A stretch of DNA of 33,662 nucleotides from positions 1 to 33,662 of the IMG/VR virus record IMGVR_UViG_3300032258_000007; one strand, given 5' to 3'. The notes below the pieces were generated by a model. It was given only the letters and a program-made list of their open reading frames with translations, was not told the DNA's origin and searched no databases. The position numbers were made by a program, and so were the translations under genes. This document shows, piece by piece, positions 1-10,060 of the stretch (position 1 is the stretch's first letter; every line of letters starts with the position of its first letter). This DNA is from a virus. Taxonomy: Duplodnaviria; Caudoviricetes.

Positions 1-116
1 TGACCCTTAGAGCCAACAATCACAGCACCAATTTTAGTACTTGGGTCTTTGCTCCATGTCGATACTTCTCTCGCTAGATTGAAGAATCTGTTATGCCATT
101 TACCTGTCAGTACCAT
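1..116 (-). CDS. cd: dCMP deaminase, N-terminal part (runs off the window edge)
   Basis: Not in the ORF track. Manual translation from ATG at 116 gives MVLTGKWHNRFFNLAREVSTWSKDPSTKIGAVIVGSKG, the typical deoxycytidylate deaminase N-terminus (W..RF..LA..V..WSKDPSTK.GAVIV). The start overlaps the end of the upstream ORF. Confidence 0.85.
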   Translation of the reverse strand, partial: MVLTGKWHNRFFNLAREVSTWSKDPSTKIGAVIVGSKG

Positions 117-580
117 GCTAAGAACTTATTCCTACTGAGTTGTACAGAACCGGCAATTGAATTTTCATTCATGCACTGCTCGTGTTCCTTTGCATTGAGC
201 ACATAAGGTGTGCGACCAGCAACCTGCTTTACAAATTCTGGTTCAAAAACATAGAACATCTTCCCGGCAACTTTCATTTTACCAAGAACAATACCCGATT
301 TCTCAAGTTCCCGCTCTGTAATATCGAATTCAGAACGGAAATAAGTACAAGGAAGCTTGTTGCTCATATCCGTAAACTTGTGAGCTTTCAGACCCTGCTT
401 GATATTATTTGGTAAGTTATATGCCTTTGAATTAACAAATGAGCAGTTGTTCATTTTTCTGATGCTATAGTAGTCATCATTGTGTTCGAATCGCTTACGG
501 ATAATCGAAACGTTGGCAATGTGAATTCCCATTTTTTGCACGAGCTCGTTAGCTAGTACATAATTTCTATTTAGAAACAT
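107..580 (-). CDS. hypothetical protein (157 aa)
   Basis: ORF with an AAGGAG RBS and two upstream promoter motifs. No family confidently recognised. Confidence 0.8.
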   Translation of the reverse strand: MFLNRNYVLANELVQKMGIHIANVSIIRKRFEHNDDYYSIRKMNNCSFVNSKAYNLPNNIKQGLKAHKFTDMSNKLPCTYFRSEFDITERELEKSGIVLGKMKVAGKMFYVFEPEFVKQVAGRTPYVLNAKEHEQCMNENSIAGSVQLSRNKFLAWY

Positions 581-610
581 TCGCTCTCCTTCTAGTTGGT
601 TGGTAAGTAT

Positions 611-639
611 ATTCTATCACGCCTATACGAACTTGTAAA
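611..639 (-). promoter_or_regulatory. sigma70-type early promoter TTTACA-17-TAGAAT (extended TG)
   Basis: The minus strand reads TTTACA agttcgtataggcgtga TAGAAT. The tgaTAGAAT -10 matches the promoters at 28798 and 31584. Confidence 0.7.
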
Positions 640-680
640 CAACTAATTTCGTTCTCTCAGTTAAGCACCCTGATATAGTT

Positions 681-703
681 ATTATAAACTACAGCTGTTT
701 AAG
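681..703 (-). promoter_or_regulatory. putative middle-type promoter CTTAA-n12-TATAAT
   Basis: The minus strand reads CTTAA acagctgtagtt TATAAT, with the same motif and spacing as at 4395 and 32571. Confidence 0.55.
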
Positions 704-705
704 TT

Positions 706-912
706 TTATTCATTTTCTAAATTTTCTGAATTTCTTATTGCTCTTTCTATGAACTCATCAGCTAAATCCGTAGCTTCGTCTCGAGTAACAACATTTTCAT
801 CATAGTCAATTTTGTATGCTACACCTTTATCGGTGAATTCAAAATTTGAAACTACAACTCCATCGTTTAGAATATATCTGCCTTCGGCAAGTTTTTGAAC
901 TGTTCTAATCAT
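706..912 (-). CDS. hypothetical protein (~68 aa)
   Basis: ORF immediately downstream of nrdA. The ATG at 912 has a GAGG RBS; an alternative ATG at 924 overlaps the nrdA stop. Confidence 0.7.
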   Translation of the reverse strand: MIRTVQKLAEGRYILNDGVVVSNFEFTDKGVAYKIDYDENVVTRDEATDLADEFIERAIRNSENLENE

Positions 913-920
913 TTCATTCC

Positions 921-3275
921 TCATGTACAAGATTCGCAGACGTACTCATCACCGTCTTTCTGCTGTTTTAAATAGTAAAAAGTCTTCATACCGTGCTTGA
1001 AGCCATAAAGGTGAAGCTTAGTCATTTCAAGCAATGAATCTGGCTTGCTCAGATAAGTATTAACAGATTGTGCCTGGTCTAGCCACTTCTGGCGCACACA
1101 AGCATTCTTCACAAGATTCATCTGGTTACAATCAAAAGCTCGCTTGTAGTATTTGTTGTTCTTTCTGAAATTCGGAACAACAGTAGGAACCGTTATTGTG
1201 CCCTCTTCTTTATAGAAGAAGTCATGTACTGGTTCTGTACTCTCGATTGAATTTACTGCTTTACCGCTTGTAGCAGTCGGAGCAATAGCCATAAGTTGAG
1301 CATTTCTAATTCCGAATGTTTTAACTCTTTCTGCAAGGTCAGCCCATTTCTTTTCATCATGTTGATAAGCAGTTAGGCCGAAAGCATTCTTATTAGCTTT
1401 ATGAATAGGAAGAATTCCCTTCGCCCATTCTGTCTCATAGAACTTTTCAAATTTACCTTTCTCAATTGCAAGTTCTACACTAGCTGAGATAATTTTATAA
1501 GATAAATCATCGAAAAGAGCATCAGTTTCTTCTGCAGCTTCTTGAGTATCAATCACAATTTTCTTCAGAGCTAAATAGTTCGTGTAGTTCAGAACACCAA
1601 TACCAAGATATCTGTACATCATGTTGCTATTCTTACCTTCCTTAACTGGGTAATTAGCAATATCAATTGTGTTATCAAGAGCACGAACAACAGTTCTGAC
1701 GAGATTCATTCTCTGTTTGTCATTCATATAGAACCACTTTTCGAGATTGATTGAACTCAAGTTGCAAAGAGCAATCTCCCCAGCGGTATACTTCTTGATA
1801 ATTCTCTTCTCACCGAACTCCATTGTTGCCAACTGTTCCGAGATTGGTTTAGATGGACGTGATGGGAGGGTGATTTCAGTACAAAGATTTGAACTACCGA
1901 TATAACGGTTCAGCATAGACGGATTATTCACATTCTCTTCATGGAATAGATAAATGTTTCCGGTCTCAGAACGCTCTTTGAAGATTTTAGCCCATAGTTC
2001 TCGAGCTGGAATCTTCTTACGTCTTGCTGAGGTTTTTGTCATGTATTTGATGTACTCTTTATTGAATTCCCCATTAACCTTTCCAATGAGGCCAGGAGTA
2101 TCTCTTGGGTCAAATAGCATGATATCTTCATCATTTATTACAGCATCAATGAAGTAGTCGTTCAATTTGATGGCGTACTGTAAACCTCGAGCGCGGTTTT
2201 CGTCTGTTCCACCATTGGACTTCAGACTAAGAATATCAAGAACATCCAAATGCCACCAGCTGAAATAAACAGCTAGAGCACCAGGTCGTTTCCCACCTTG
2301 ATTCCACGCTTTCATGATTGACTCATAGTACTTCATAAAAGGAACCGGGCCTGAAGAATAGCCTTGAGTTCCTTCAATATATCCGCCCTTAGCCCGCATG
2401 GCTGATATATCTAATGCTGTTCCGCCTTTGAACTTACTGTAAATACCAAGATTCTTGCCGGTATCAAGGATGCTGTGTGAATCATCATCTAATGTGTTCA
2501 AGACACATGAACTCAACTGTTGGCCAGGAGTCAGAGCATTCAACATGATAGGTGTAGCCTTTGTTGATTTGTGTTGAGAAATTACATTATAGAGCTCGAT
2601 TACTCGTTGTGCTCTATTCTCTTCATTAACCATCAAAGACATAGCCACTCGCATGTACGCGTGCTGGGGCAGTTCAAGTTTTCTTGTTTTACTGTAGTTC
2701 AGGCAGTACTTATCAAAGAACGTAACAAGTCCTTTGTAATTGAATAATAAGTCTCTTTCAGGTTTAATAGCAGCATTTATTTCTTCTATTTCTGAGTTGC
2801 TGTATAACCCGATTGTTTCTTTATTATAGATTTTGTGTCCAATTCCCTTTTCGAGGATTTCAGACATGTGAGGGTACTCATCGGTACTTCCGAAGTTATA
2901 CGTCTCTTTGTAAATTGACATTAATTGTAGCTTAGCAGCAATATCTTCCCACTGAGGATACAGAAGGGAAATCTTATTCACAGCAGTAACGATCACCTGC
3001 TCGAACATGTCTTTAATGTGAATTTCCTTGTGTAACTTAATTTCAGTATCACGGATAAGCTCATCCGCAAGCCATTCAACATTGTCACATGCCCAGAGAC
3101 AAACATTTCTCATTTTCTCTGGTTCAAAAGGTTGCTTGCGACCGTCGCGTTTAATAACAGTAATCCTGTTTGCCTTCATTGCATCTTGATTACTAATCTC
3201 GATCTTTTCTTTTCCTTCAACAGCACTAGATAGGTGCTCGAGAGAGGACTTGTTATAACGTCTATGTTTTCCCAT
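921..3275 (-). CDS. nrdA: class Ia ribonucleotide reductase alpha subunit with N-terminal ATP-cone
   Basis: ATP-cone start VIKRDG, ATP..N...P.QQLSSC, WNQGGKRPGA, SNLCTEI catalytic motif, AIAPTATS, KTFYY and C-terminal CESC. Confidence 0.97.
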   Translation of the reverse strand: MGKHRRYNKSSLEHLSSAVEGKEKIEISNQDAMKANRITVIKRDGRKQPFEPEKMRNVCLWACDNVEWLADELIRDTEIKLHKEIHIKDMFEQVIVTAVNKISLLYPQWEDIAAKLQLMSIYKETYNFGSTDEYPHMSEILEKGIGHKIYNKETIGLYSNSEIEEINAAIKPERDLLFNYKGLVTFFDKYCLNYSKTRKLELPQHAYMRVAMSLMVNEENRAQRVIELYNVISQHKSTKATPIMLNALTPGQQLSSCVLNTLDDDSHSILDTGKNLGIYSKFKGGTALDISAMRAKGGYIEGTQGYSSGPVPFMKYYESIMKAWNQGGKRPGALAVYFSWWHLDVLDILSLKSNGGTDENRARGLQYAIKLNDYFIDAVINDEDIMLFDPRDTPGLIGKVNGEFNKEYIKYMTKTSARRKKIPARELWAKIFKERSETGNIYLFHEENVNNPSMLNRYIGSSNLCTEITLPSRPSKPISEQLATMEFGEKRIIKKYTAGEIALCNLSSINLEKWFYMNDKQRMNLVRTVVRALDNTIDIANYPVKEGKNSNMMYRYLGIGVLNYTNYLALKKIVIDTQEAAEETDALFDDLSYKIISASVELAIEKGKFEKFYETEWAKGILPIHKANKNAFGLTAYQHDEKKWADLAERVKTFGIRNAQLMAIAPTATSGKAVNSIESTEPVHDFFYKEEGTITVPTVVPNFRKNNKYYKRAFDCNQMNLVKNACVRQKWLDQAQSVNTYLSKPDSLLEMTKLHLYGFKHGMKTFYYLKQQKDGDEYVCESCT

Positions 3276-4366
3276 TAGAGATCCTTAAGTGGGCCGTCAG
3301 GAATATCATTCTTCATAATGCCGATAGAGTATACGGCTAGGTCTGATTCCTGCCCTGCTGAATTATCTTTGTTCATATCTTTGTAGTTCTCAAACCACTG
3401 AACAACGTCTGTCTTTTCTTGATTGTAAATTTTAGGTTCTCCGAGCTGTGTAGCACGAAGGTCGATGTAGTATTTAAGGAACTGGTCAAGAACCTTTTCG
3501 GTTAGAGTTGGGACATTACCCAAGCTGAGCAAATATCGTGCCCATTTAATTTCATCTTTATAAACACCTTTCAGTGTTTTCTTAATCATGTCTGAGTACC
3601 ATTCAGATTCCATGATTTCTTTAAAACCTTCTGGCTTTTCTTTCTTCAGAATATTCAGCAAGCCATTACACATGCTTGTGTGAATATCTTCATCGAAATT
3701 AATCAACTTGATGATTCTGGTGCTGCCCTGAATTTTATTACTGTATGCGTTATTGATAATATAAGTAACGAGGAATGACACGTAGAATTTGACACCCTCA
3801 AGAGCAAAGACATTTACTAGTAGTTCAAGTACCAATTTCTTCTTTTCTTCTAAGGTCTCAAGATCGTTAATATGCTTAACTCGGTCATACAGCTCGATTT
3901 CCTTATCAATTCTGTGTTGAATCTCTGGATAATCTTTAATCTTATCGAAGATGGCTGTTGAGTCTGAGAAGATGCCACGTAGAAGATGACTGTATGAAAG
4001 TGAATGGATTAACTCGAAGTAACCCCAAGTTTTGAACATAGCCTCGAACTCTGGGTTAGTACACAGTTCAGCAATAATTCCCTCAAGTCCAGAATTCTGT
4101 CCCGAGTCCATTAGAGTCTGGAACAGCCAGATTCTAATCATTACTTCTTGGATATGGTTAGGTAACTCGAAAAACTTCTGAGAATCGTTCTGCATTGAGA
4201 TTTCATTAGGGTTCCAGAACGCATTTCTCTGTTTTTCTTCCATGTTCACGGCGAACTTGTAAGTCGGATTGTCGTATCTTTGAAACCCAGAATAGTCACC
4301 AAAGAAGATTTTCTCGTCGGCTTTTAGTGTCACCAAGTTCTTGGTGTCAACAATTTTATTGGGCAT
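3275..4366 (-). CDS. nrdB: ribonucleotide reductase beta subunit
   Basis: FWNPNEI, QTLMDS, ELIHSLSY (ExxH plus radical Tyr), LEGVKFYVSF, DEDIH, C-terminal QE....Y. Translationally coupled to nrdA. Confidence 0.96.
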   Translation of the reverse strand: MPNKIVDTKNLVTLKADEKIFFGDYSGFQRYDNPTYKFAVNMEEKQRNAFWNPNEISMQNDSQKFFELPNHIQEVMIRIWLFQTLMDSGQNSGLEGIIAELCTNPEFEAMFKTWGYFELIHSLSYSHLLRGIFSDSTAIFDKIKDYPEIQHRIDKEIELYDRVKHINDLETLEEKKKLVLELLVNVFALEGVKFYVSFLVTYIINNAYSNKIQGSTRIIKLINFDEDIHTSMCNGLLNILKKEKPEGFKEIMESEWYSDMIKKTLKGVYKDEIKWARYLLSLGNVPTLTEKVLDQFLKYYIDLRATQLGEPKIYNQEKTDVVQWFENYKDMNKDNSAGQESDLAVYSIGIMKNDIPDGPLKDL

Positions 4367-4394
4367 TAATTTTCCTCTTAGTAATTATTAGTTA

Positions 4395-4417
4395 ATTATA
4401 AACTAATGCTGATTAAG
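4395..4417 (-). promoter_or_regulatory. putative middle-type promoter CTTAA-n12-TATAAT upstream of nrdB-nrdA
   Basis: The minus strand reads ttCTTAA tcagcattagtt TATAAT, ~30 nt before the nrdB ATG. Confidence 0.6.
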
Positions 4418-4423
4418 AAACAG

Positions 4424-5206
4424 TTAAAACGTGATAGTCCAAGTAATACGGAGTGAAACAGTACTGTCTTTAATCTTGCTCTTGAATGTCTTCAATGAAA
4501 AGATTCTGCCGTTTGAGTACAAAGCAGCCTCAGTGAATACTGAAGTTGTTAGGTCTTGCAAGTTGGCAGCTGCAGGAACAACCTCAAAGTAGAAAGTAAC
4601 CGATGTCCCGGATTGATAAACTGTAACTGTACTGCCAGAACCAGCATCATCTTCAACAATGTTAAGTGCTGTATCACCATTAACCTGGTCAATATTAGTA
4701 CCTGGTAGGTCAAAAGTAATATTGTAAAGATATGGGGCAGTTGCTCCAAGTGATTCCCATTCAAGCGGGTCAAGAATAAGTGCATCAGATAGAGTATAGT
4801 TTGTTGTATCGGGGTGGAGGTATCTGTAATATCCGTTGTTTGTAGGAACTGTTGCTTCAATATAATAAACGTCGTTAAGTCTTAACACAGGAATTACGTC
4901 GTTTGTTGTAGCACTGACCGGCGCGCCTGGAGTGCTTCCAGATTCACAGAACATGCGATCACGAGTATTGTAATATCCCTCAACTTCAGTCTTAGGAGCA
5001 AGTTGATTTGTCTCAACGTGACCCATAGTTCCTAAAGCGAAACGATTAATGAATGTGTTTGTTGCTAGATTCGCAAATAACTCAGACATTGTGGTTCTGG
5101 CATCAACCATAATCATGTTGTTATCTTCATAAACATCTAGAATGTTTTTCTGAGAATCTAAAGACTCAATTTTGAAATGGCCCTGAAAGCTAATCATATC
5201 TTGCAT
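4424..5206 (-). CDS. putative baseplate/tail structural protein
   Basis: Last gene of the late baseplate operon. The N-terminus (G.F.I...D....D.NMIM) and C-terminus (FTEAALY...IFS.KTF..KIKD....L.ITWTITF) resemble the myophage tail-collar/baseplate domain. Confidence 0.6.
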   Translation of the reverse strand: MQDMISFQGHFKIESLDSQKNILDVYEDNNMIMVDARTTMSELFANLATNTFINRFALGTMGHVETNQLAPKTEVEGYYNTRDRMFCESGSTPGAPVSATTNDVIPVLRLNDVYYIEATVPTNNGYYRYLHPDTTNYTLSDALILDPLEWESLGATAPYLYNITFDLPGTNIDQVNGDTALNIVEDDAGSGSTVTVYQSGTSVTFYFEVVPAAANLQDLTTSVFTEAALYSNGRIFSLKTFKSKIKDSTVSLRITWTITF

Positions 5207-5208
5207 TA

Positions 5209-5463
5209 TTATACCTCGAAGTAAAGTAGAACAGGAGCACCGGTTGTATCTACATAAGCGCGATAGTATTTGCCGCCAACTGGGTCATGCCAAATATCAC
5301 CTTCTTTAACTCCATCAAGAAGTGTCGGAAGAATTGACGAGTCCAAATAAGCTATGTACCCAAGTAACTCAGTACTTAGATTATGTGCTCTTGTAATAGC
5401 ATCCTTCGCCTGTTGGGCTGTTAATCCCAGTGGGTAAGGTGAGTATCCGTCATTAGTTGCCAT
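5209..5463 (-). CDS. small putative virion protein
   Basis: GAGG RBS and its own TATAAATA late promoter. EGDIWHD is a tail-fibre-like motif. Confidence 0.65.
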   Translation of the reverse strand: MATNDGYSPYPLGLTAQQAKDAITRAHNLSTELLGYIAYLDSSILPTLLDGVKEGDIWHDPVGGKYYRAYVDTTGAPVLLYFEV

Positions 5464-5491
5464 TTGTTAATCCTCGTGTTAATCTTTAAGT

Positions 5492-5499
5492 TATTTATA
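5492..5499 (-). promoter_or_regulatory. T4-type late promoter TATAAATA
   Basis: Exact TATAAATA in the intergenic space upstream of 5463. Confidence 0.75.
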
Positions 5500-5509
5500 T
5501 TCTTTATTT

Positions 5510-7438
5510 TTACGGAACCACAGTCAGGTATGATGAGCCAACCTGAGCAATGAGTAATGAACCAGCATCAGTCGCAGCTGCAGCAACAAGGGCAGTACCA
5601 TCATAATCAAAATTGATTGTATTCCCATCAGTCAATGTTACATCCTGATTGAGTGGTGTACCTGAGACAATGTTTATAGTTCCTACCGTTCCAGCATTAT
5701 CAATAGTGATTACACCATCTACTCCAGCTGTTGAAGTTTCAGTGAATGTGTAGGTTTCAATTGTTGCTGTACCAGCATTTGACACAGTAGTAAATGTGAA
5801 TGCAGCAGCATTGCCACCGAGACCAACTGTGAAGATTTCCTGCCCGTAAACATTGAACGTATTAGTTTCTCCACCAGTACCAGCGGCCGCAGGACCAAAT
5901 GTGATGCTGATTGTTGCACCATCAGTACAAACAACTGGAGCAGTAGTTGAAGCGGCAAATGCAAGATTTCCAACATTGCCGTTAGTTATACTCGAGATAG
6001 TTAAATCTCCATTCGCCGCAGCAGTGAAAGTATAATCAGCATTCAAATCAGTACCTGATGCTGCTGTCAAGTTAGCATCCAGCACACCTGTATTAGTCCC
6101 TCTTGTGAATTGCCAAGCCGGAGCAGCAATACCAACGTCAGAAGTAACTGGGAACCAAGAAAGTAAAGGGTCAAGGTCTGCAACAAGATAGTTACCACCA
6201 GCTGAGGTAGCATAACCAAAAAAGATATCCTGAACGAAAGTAGGACTAGTCATAATCCAGTGATCAGAAGTACCGATAGGTTGTGGTGTTCCTGTATTAT
6301 CTAAATAAGTAATACCGCCTGGTGCTCCAGTAGTATCATTCACAGCAGTAATATCGAAGTCTATAATCCAAGATGTTATAGTATCATAGTAATCAAACTG
6401 AAGTGTGAAACTGTAATCCGTAAATAGAGAGTAATGACCAGCAGCAGTTGATGGAAGATAATTTCTAATGATACCCTCACCGGTTCTTAGCCAAGTGAAA
6501 TAGTTCACGAATAGAATATTAGCAGCTACACCTGTTCCCGGAGTCTGAATAATAAAAGTCCCATCGGTAAACATAATTCCAATTTCGCGGCCGGTGGAAG
6601 TAATACTTTCAGTAATATCCTGTACAACTTTATTTTCCCAGATGGTAACTTGTGCATTAAATTCAGATAATGTGAAAAGAGCACCAGTTGATGGGTTAAT
6701 TCTTGTTTGGAAATCAGTCCATATTGTATCAATAGCTACCTGTCCACTCAATTCAGTAAAAACATCAAATGTACCTTTAGAACCCCTGATTTCAATAGCA
6801 TTAATTGTGTATGTCTTTGACAGCCCGAATGTATCAAGTAAAGATTCTTCTATAACCTGTCTGTACCCGTAAGTAAATCCCAACGGATGAGAAAGTGGTT
6901 TAACAATACTAGCATACATTTCTGAAGTTAAAGGCCCATCTATAAGAAAGTGGAATGGTTTAATCTCAGTTATAACTGGGTCGGTTGTATCTTTATTTGA
7001 TTCTAGAGTTCTTGCTACTGCATGTGAATAGTTAATACCAGTTTTTGTACCAACAGATTCTTTAAATGTTTTGTTAGTAACGAAAAACTCAGTACCAAGA
7101 ATTTGCTCTGCAACATTATTTAATGTAACAGAACTATCAATTCCGGAAATCTCAAGCTTCTTCTGAAGAACCTTATCTCCCTGAGCAGCCTTAATTACAT
7201 TATATAGTGTCTGAAGATAAATATTCAGTAAGCTACCGCGCAGATTTGTTTTGCCCTGAAGAGTTAAATCATTAGGGTCTATATTCAAATAATTGTCATA
7301 AACTTTGCTGATATCGAAAGCAACTGCTGAGTTCTTTTCTAAGTTTGTTAGAAAAATATCCATAGCAGTCTGCATTAAAGGAATTTCTTTAATGTTTTCT
7401 GGTACGATTCCTTCAAAAATTTGTTTTAAATCAGACAT
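5510..7438 (-). CDS. putative baseplate wedge protein (gp7-like position) with Thr/Gly/Ala-rich C-terminal extension
   Basis: Directly downstream of gp6. VKPLSHPLGF matches the HP.G motif of T4-like wedge proteins. Confidence 0.6.
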   Translation of the reverse strand: MSDLKQIFEGIVPENIKEIPLMQTAMDIFLTNLEKNSAVAFDISKVYDNYLNIDPNDLTLQGKTNLRGSLLNIYLQTLYNVIKAAQGDKVLQKKLEISGIDSSVTLNNVAEQILGTEFFVTNKTFKESVGTKTGINYSHAVARTLESNKDTTDPVITEIKPFHFLIDGPLTSEMYASIVKPLSHPLGFTYGYRQVIEESLLDTFGLSKTYTINAIEIRGSKGTFDVFTELSGQVAIDTIWTDFQTRINPSTGALFTLSEFNAQVTIWENKVVQDITESITSTGREIGIMFTDGTFIIQTPGTGVAANILFVNYFTWLRTGEGIIRNYLPSTAAGHYSLFTDYSFTLQFDYYDTITSWIIDFDITAVNDTTGAPGGITYLDNTGTPQPIGTSDHWIMTSPTFVQDIFFGYATSAGGNYLVADLDPLLSWFPVTSDVGIAAPAWQFTRGTNTGVLDANLTAASGTDLNADYTFTAAANGDLTISSITNGNVGNLAFAASTTAPVVCTDGATISITFGPAAAGTGGETNTFNVYGQEIFTVGLGGNAAAFTFTTVSNAGTATIETYTFTETSTAGVDGVITIDNAGTVGTINIVSGTPLNQDVTLTDGNTINFDYDGTALVAAAATDAGSLLIAQVGSSYLTVVP

Positions 7439-7447
7439 TTAGAATCC

Positions 7448-10027
7448 TTAAGCAAAAGTAACGCGTTTCAGTCTAGGTATAACATTCTTCTTAATTCCAA
7501 AGTTAGGAGAATTATAGCTCAAAGACAGATATCTATCTCTTCTGAACAAATCCATCTTAATAGGAGAGCCGTAATAAGTGTTCGGGGTGATTGTCTTAAT
7601 AATAGGCCCAGTTAAAACATCTACTTGTGACTGTGATGTTAGTGAGTATCCATCAGTAGTAATGTAGAATGAGTCAGTTGTGTACTCGTAAAGCTGGTCT
7701 GTTGTTGTTAGATATGATTTTGGATTGTCATAAACAATAGAAACCGAGCTTCCCTGATTGTAGTTCAATGCATCCACAAATAGCTGTACAGTAATGTATT
7801 TCTTGAATGAGTTAAACAAGATATAGTTACCGCACATTGCTTGAGTTTCAACTCGAACAGCCTCACCATCAGCTAGTGTTGTGATAAGATTAATCAATGT
7901 AGCATCTATTCCCGGATCAACACTCCAGCCAAGAGCACCAGGATCGTCCTGGATAAGAACAGTCTCTGCTCCACCAACCGCAATTTTTGTAACTACAGTT
8001 TTATCATATACAGGAACACCAATATCTAGAGTACTTGGGTCGTCTGGATATACACCAAACTGTGTTAGATTAAATGAACTTGGAAGACCAGGCCCGGCAG
8101 TATATGTTTCAGACATGCTGCAGCGAATTGGAGCAATAATAATTTGATTTCCAATCTGAGGAGTAGTAGCATCAATTTGAGCTTGAATATCTGACCAATC
8201 TGTATAAAGATCAGTTGTTGGAATATTCAAGTTTCCAGCTACATCAGCTAGTGATCTGTAGTCAATAAATGCAGGCGTGTCAATACTTGGGAGTACATTA
8301 TATAGTAGGTACCCGTCAGCATCAAAGTAATCTTCGTATGGAATATCTAGAGAAATATAAAGATCTCTATAATCGGTTACTAGATTTTCTTTGACAACAT
8401 TCTTCTGAGTAATTAGAAGATTTGTTGTTACTGTGTTATTGTAGCCGGTGCTATCAGTCAAGAAAGCATCAATTCTCTTCTCGAGAGATGAATGGAAGTA
8501 CTCAATCTCGAAAGATTCAGCAACAAATGTATCATCAGTGCCTGTGAAGAAGCCATCAACTATATTGAAAACAGAATCATTAATATCTGCCTTAGATGTA
8601 ACAACATCATATTTCATAATTTCAATATCGTACTCGAAGTCAAGATAGATTGGGTGACGGTTATGGAACTCCAAAGTAGGAATCTTGAAGTTATTTAGAA
8701 CATCCCAAACACCTGGCTGGATAAGCTGACCAGAATCATTAAGTTCAGTACTGATAATTTCAGAATCCTCAATAAAACGAAGTGAGTAATATGCGTCTGC
8801 TGTGTCCAATTGTGCCTCGAAAGGTCCTGGATTATTAACAGGGTCTGGAGATTCAGTTAAAGTATAATCCCAGTCAACATAAGTATAGTTGTTAAGAAGA
8901 TATGACTGATTAAACGCATCTGAAGTAAAACTTCTTGGGTAGTTACTTGGTAGGAAACTGAACCAAATATGTCCAGGACACTTTGGAAGCTCATCATCAC
9001 CACCCCAGATGAATGAATCTTGAACAGAAGATTGTCTGTTACAAATAGCCTTGTAATCATTAGCAGTTACAGCACGGTTAGCACTGTTGTAAAACTTAGG
9101 AGCATTATCTTTAACTGATGTGATTGATTCTTCATCTGCACCCTCAGTAACAAGAAGAGCATTTGTGATTGTAGCATTTGGGATGCTATGTAGAATATTG
9201 CCAGGTAGTGTTGGGTCGAGAAGAGCACCATCAACACCACTTGTTGCTAGTACATTGAAGTTAACAGTACTTCCAAGACGGAGACCAGTACCAACACCAG
9301 CAATCTCAAAGTAAATTCTAGGTGTTCTGTACTCAATGTCGTCCATTCTGAAGAACTTATTTTTAACAACAAGATCTTTATCAATCATGAACTGTTCAGA
9401 TTTTAACCATTCCTCGTTAGTAACAAGATTTCCAAAATCATCGTAGTAAGTTACGTAGCATTCGATACCGTTTTCTTCAATGTCAACAAATGGTAGATCA
9501 ATATAGAACTGGGGAACTGTTTCTCCAGCTTCATTCTGAACCTCGATTGTAGTAACCGAAAGTGAATCTGGATAGTCACCGTACTGGTATAGAGTACCTT
9601 CAACTACAAGAATTTCAACAGTACTTCCATCTGGCTGGTTAGCAAGCTCAATCTGAGCTCCCTTGTACCAATAAACCTTATTACCATCTGTAAATTGACT
9701 GTACTTCGGAATAATATATGAACCGTCAGGAGAACCTGAAAGAGTCAAGGTCAATCTGTAAGAGTAAGACTGTTTATGCTGAATTTCATAACCCAGTGCA
9801 CGAGCATCAGCAAGCACATTGTTACGAATTGTCGCTGTTGGAAGAAGCATTTCATTAATATTTACAGCTGTATTGACATTCAGCATACTTGTGAAGTAAG
9901 CCATTGCTGTAACAAGCTGTGATACGTTTGAACCTTCGGCAACATCATATCCAGCATCTTCAAACTGGGTTTGTAGACTTGTGTAAAGTTCATCAAAATT
10001 GAACGGGACGGTTTCGATAATTGCCAT
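7448..10027 (-). CDS. gp6: baseplate wedge subunit (T4 gp6-like)
   Basis: FDEL...L, EGSN.SQL...MAY, A..R.NV...AR.LGY, GADEESI..VK.NAP......NRAVTA.DY, WGG. Confidence 0.9.
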   Translation of the reverse strand: MAIIETVPFNFDELYTSLQTQFEDAGYDVAEGSNVSQLVTAMAYFTSMLNVNTAVNINEMLLPTATIRNNVLADARALGYEIQHKQSYSYRLTLTLSGSPDGSYIIPKYSQFTDGNKVYWYKGAQIELANQPDGSTVEILVVEGTLYQYGDYPDSLSVTTIEVQNEAGETVPQFYIDLPFVDIEENGIECYVTYYDDFGNLVTNEEWLKSEQFMIDKDLVVKNKFFRMDDIEYRTPRIYFEIAGVGTGLRLGSTVNFNVLATSGVDGALLDPTLPGNILHSIPNATITNALLVTEGADEESITSVKDNAPKFYNSANRAVTANDYKAICNRQSSVQDSFIWGGDDELPKCPGHIWFSFLPSNYPRSFTSDAFNQSYLLNNYTYVDWDYTLTESPDPVNNPGPFEAQLDTADAYYSLRFIEDSEIISTELNDSGQLIQPGVWDVLNNFKIPTLEFHNRHPIYLDFEYDIEIMKYDVVTSKADINDSVFNIVDGFFTGTDDTFVAESFEIEYFHSSLEKRIDAFLTDSTGYNNTVTTNLLITQKNVVKENLVTDYRDLYISLDIPYEDYFDADGYLLYNVLPSIDTPAFIDYRSLADVAGNLNIPTTDLYTDWSDIQAQIDATTPQIGNQIIIAPIRCSMSETYTAGPGLPSSFNLTQFGVYPDDPSTLDIGVPVYDKTVVTKIAVGGAETVLIQDDPGALGWSVDPGIDATLINLITTLADGEAVRVETQAMCGNYILFNSFKKYITVQLFVDALNYNQGSSVSIVYDNPKSYLTTTDQLYEYTTDSFYITTDGYSLTSQSQVDVLTGPIIKTITPNTYYGSPIKMDLFRRDRYLSLSYNSPNFGIKKNVIPRLKRVTFA

Positions 10028-10050
10028 ATTTATTCCTTATTTGTTTCCAA

Positions 10051-10058
10051 TATTTATA
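10051..10058 (-). promoter_or_regulatory. T4-type late promoter TATAAATA
   Basis: Exact match upstream of gp6. Confidence 0.75.
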
Positions 10059-10060
10059 TC

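Noticed and set aside
921-4366. Intron, intein or homing endonuclease in nrdA/nrdB
   Set aside because: Both ORFs are continuous, of normal size, and have all motifs in order.
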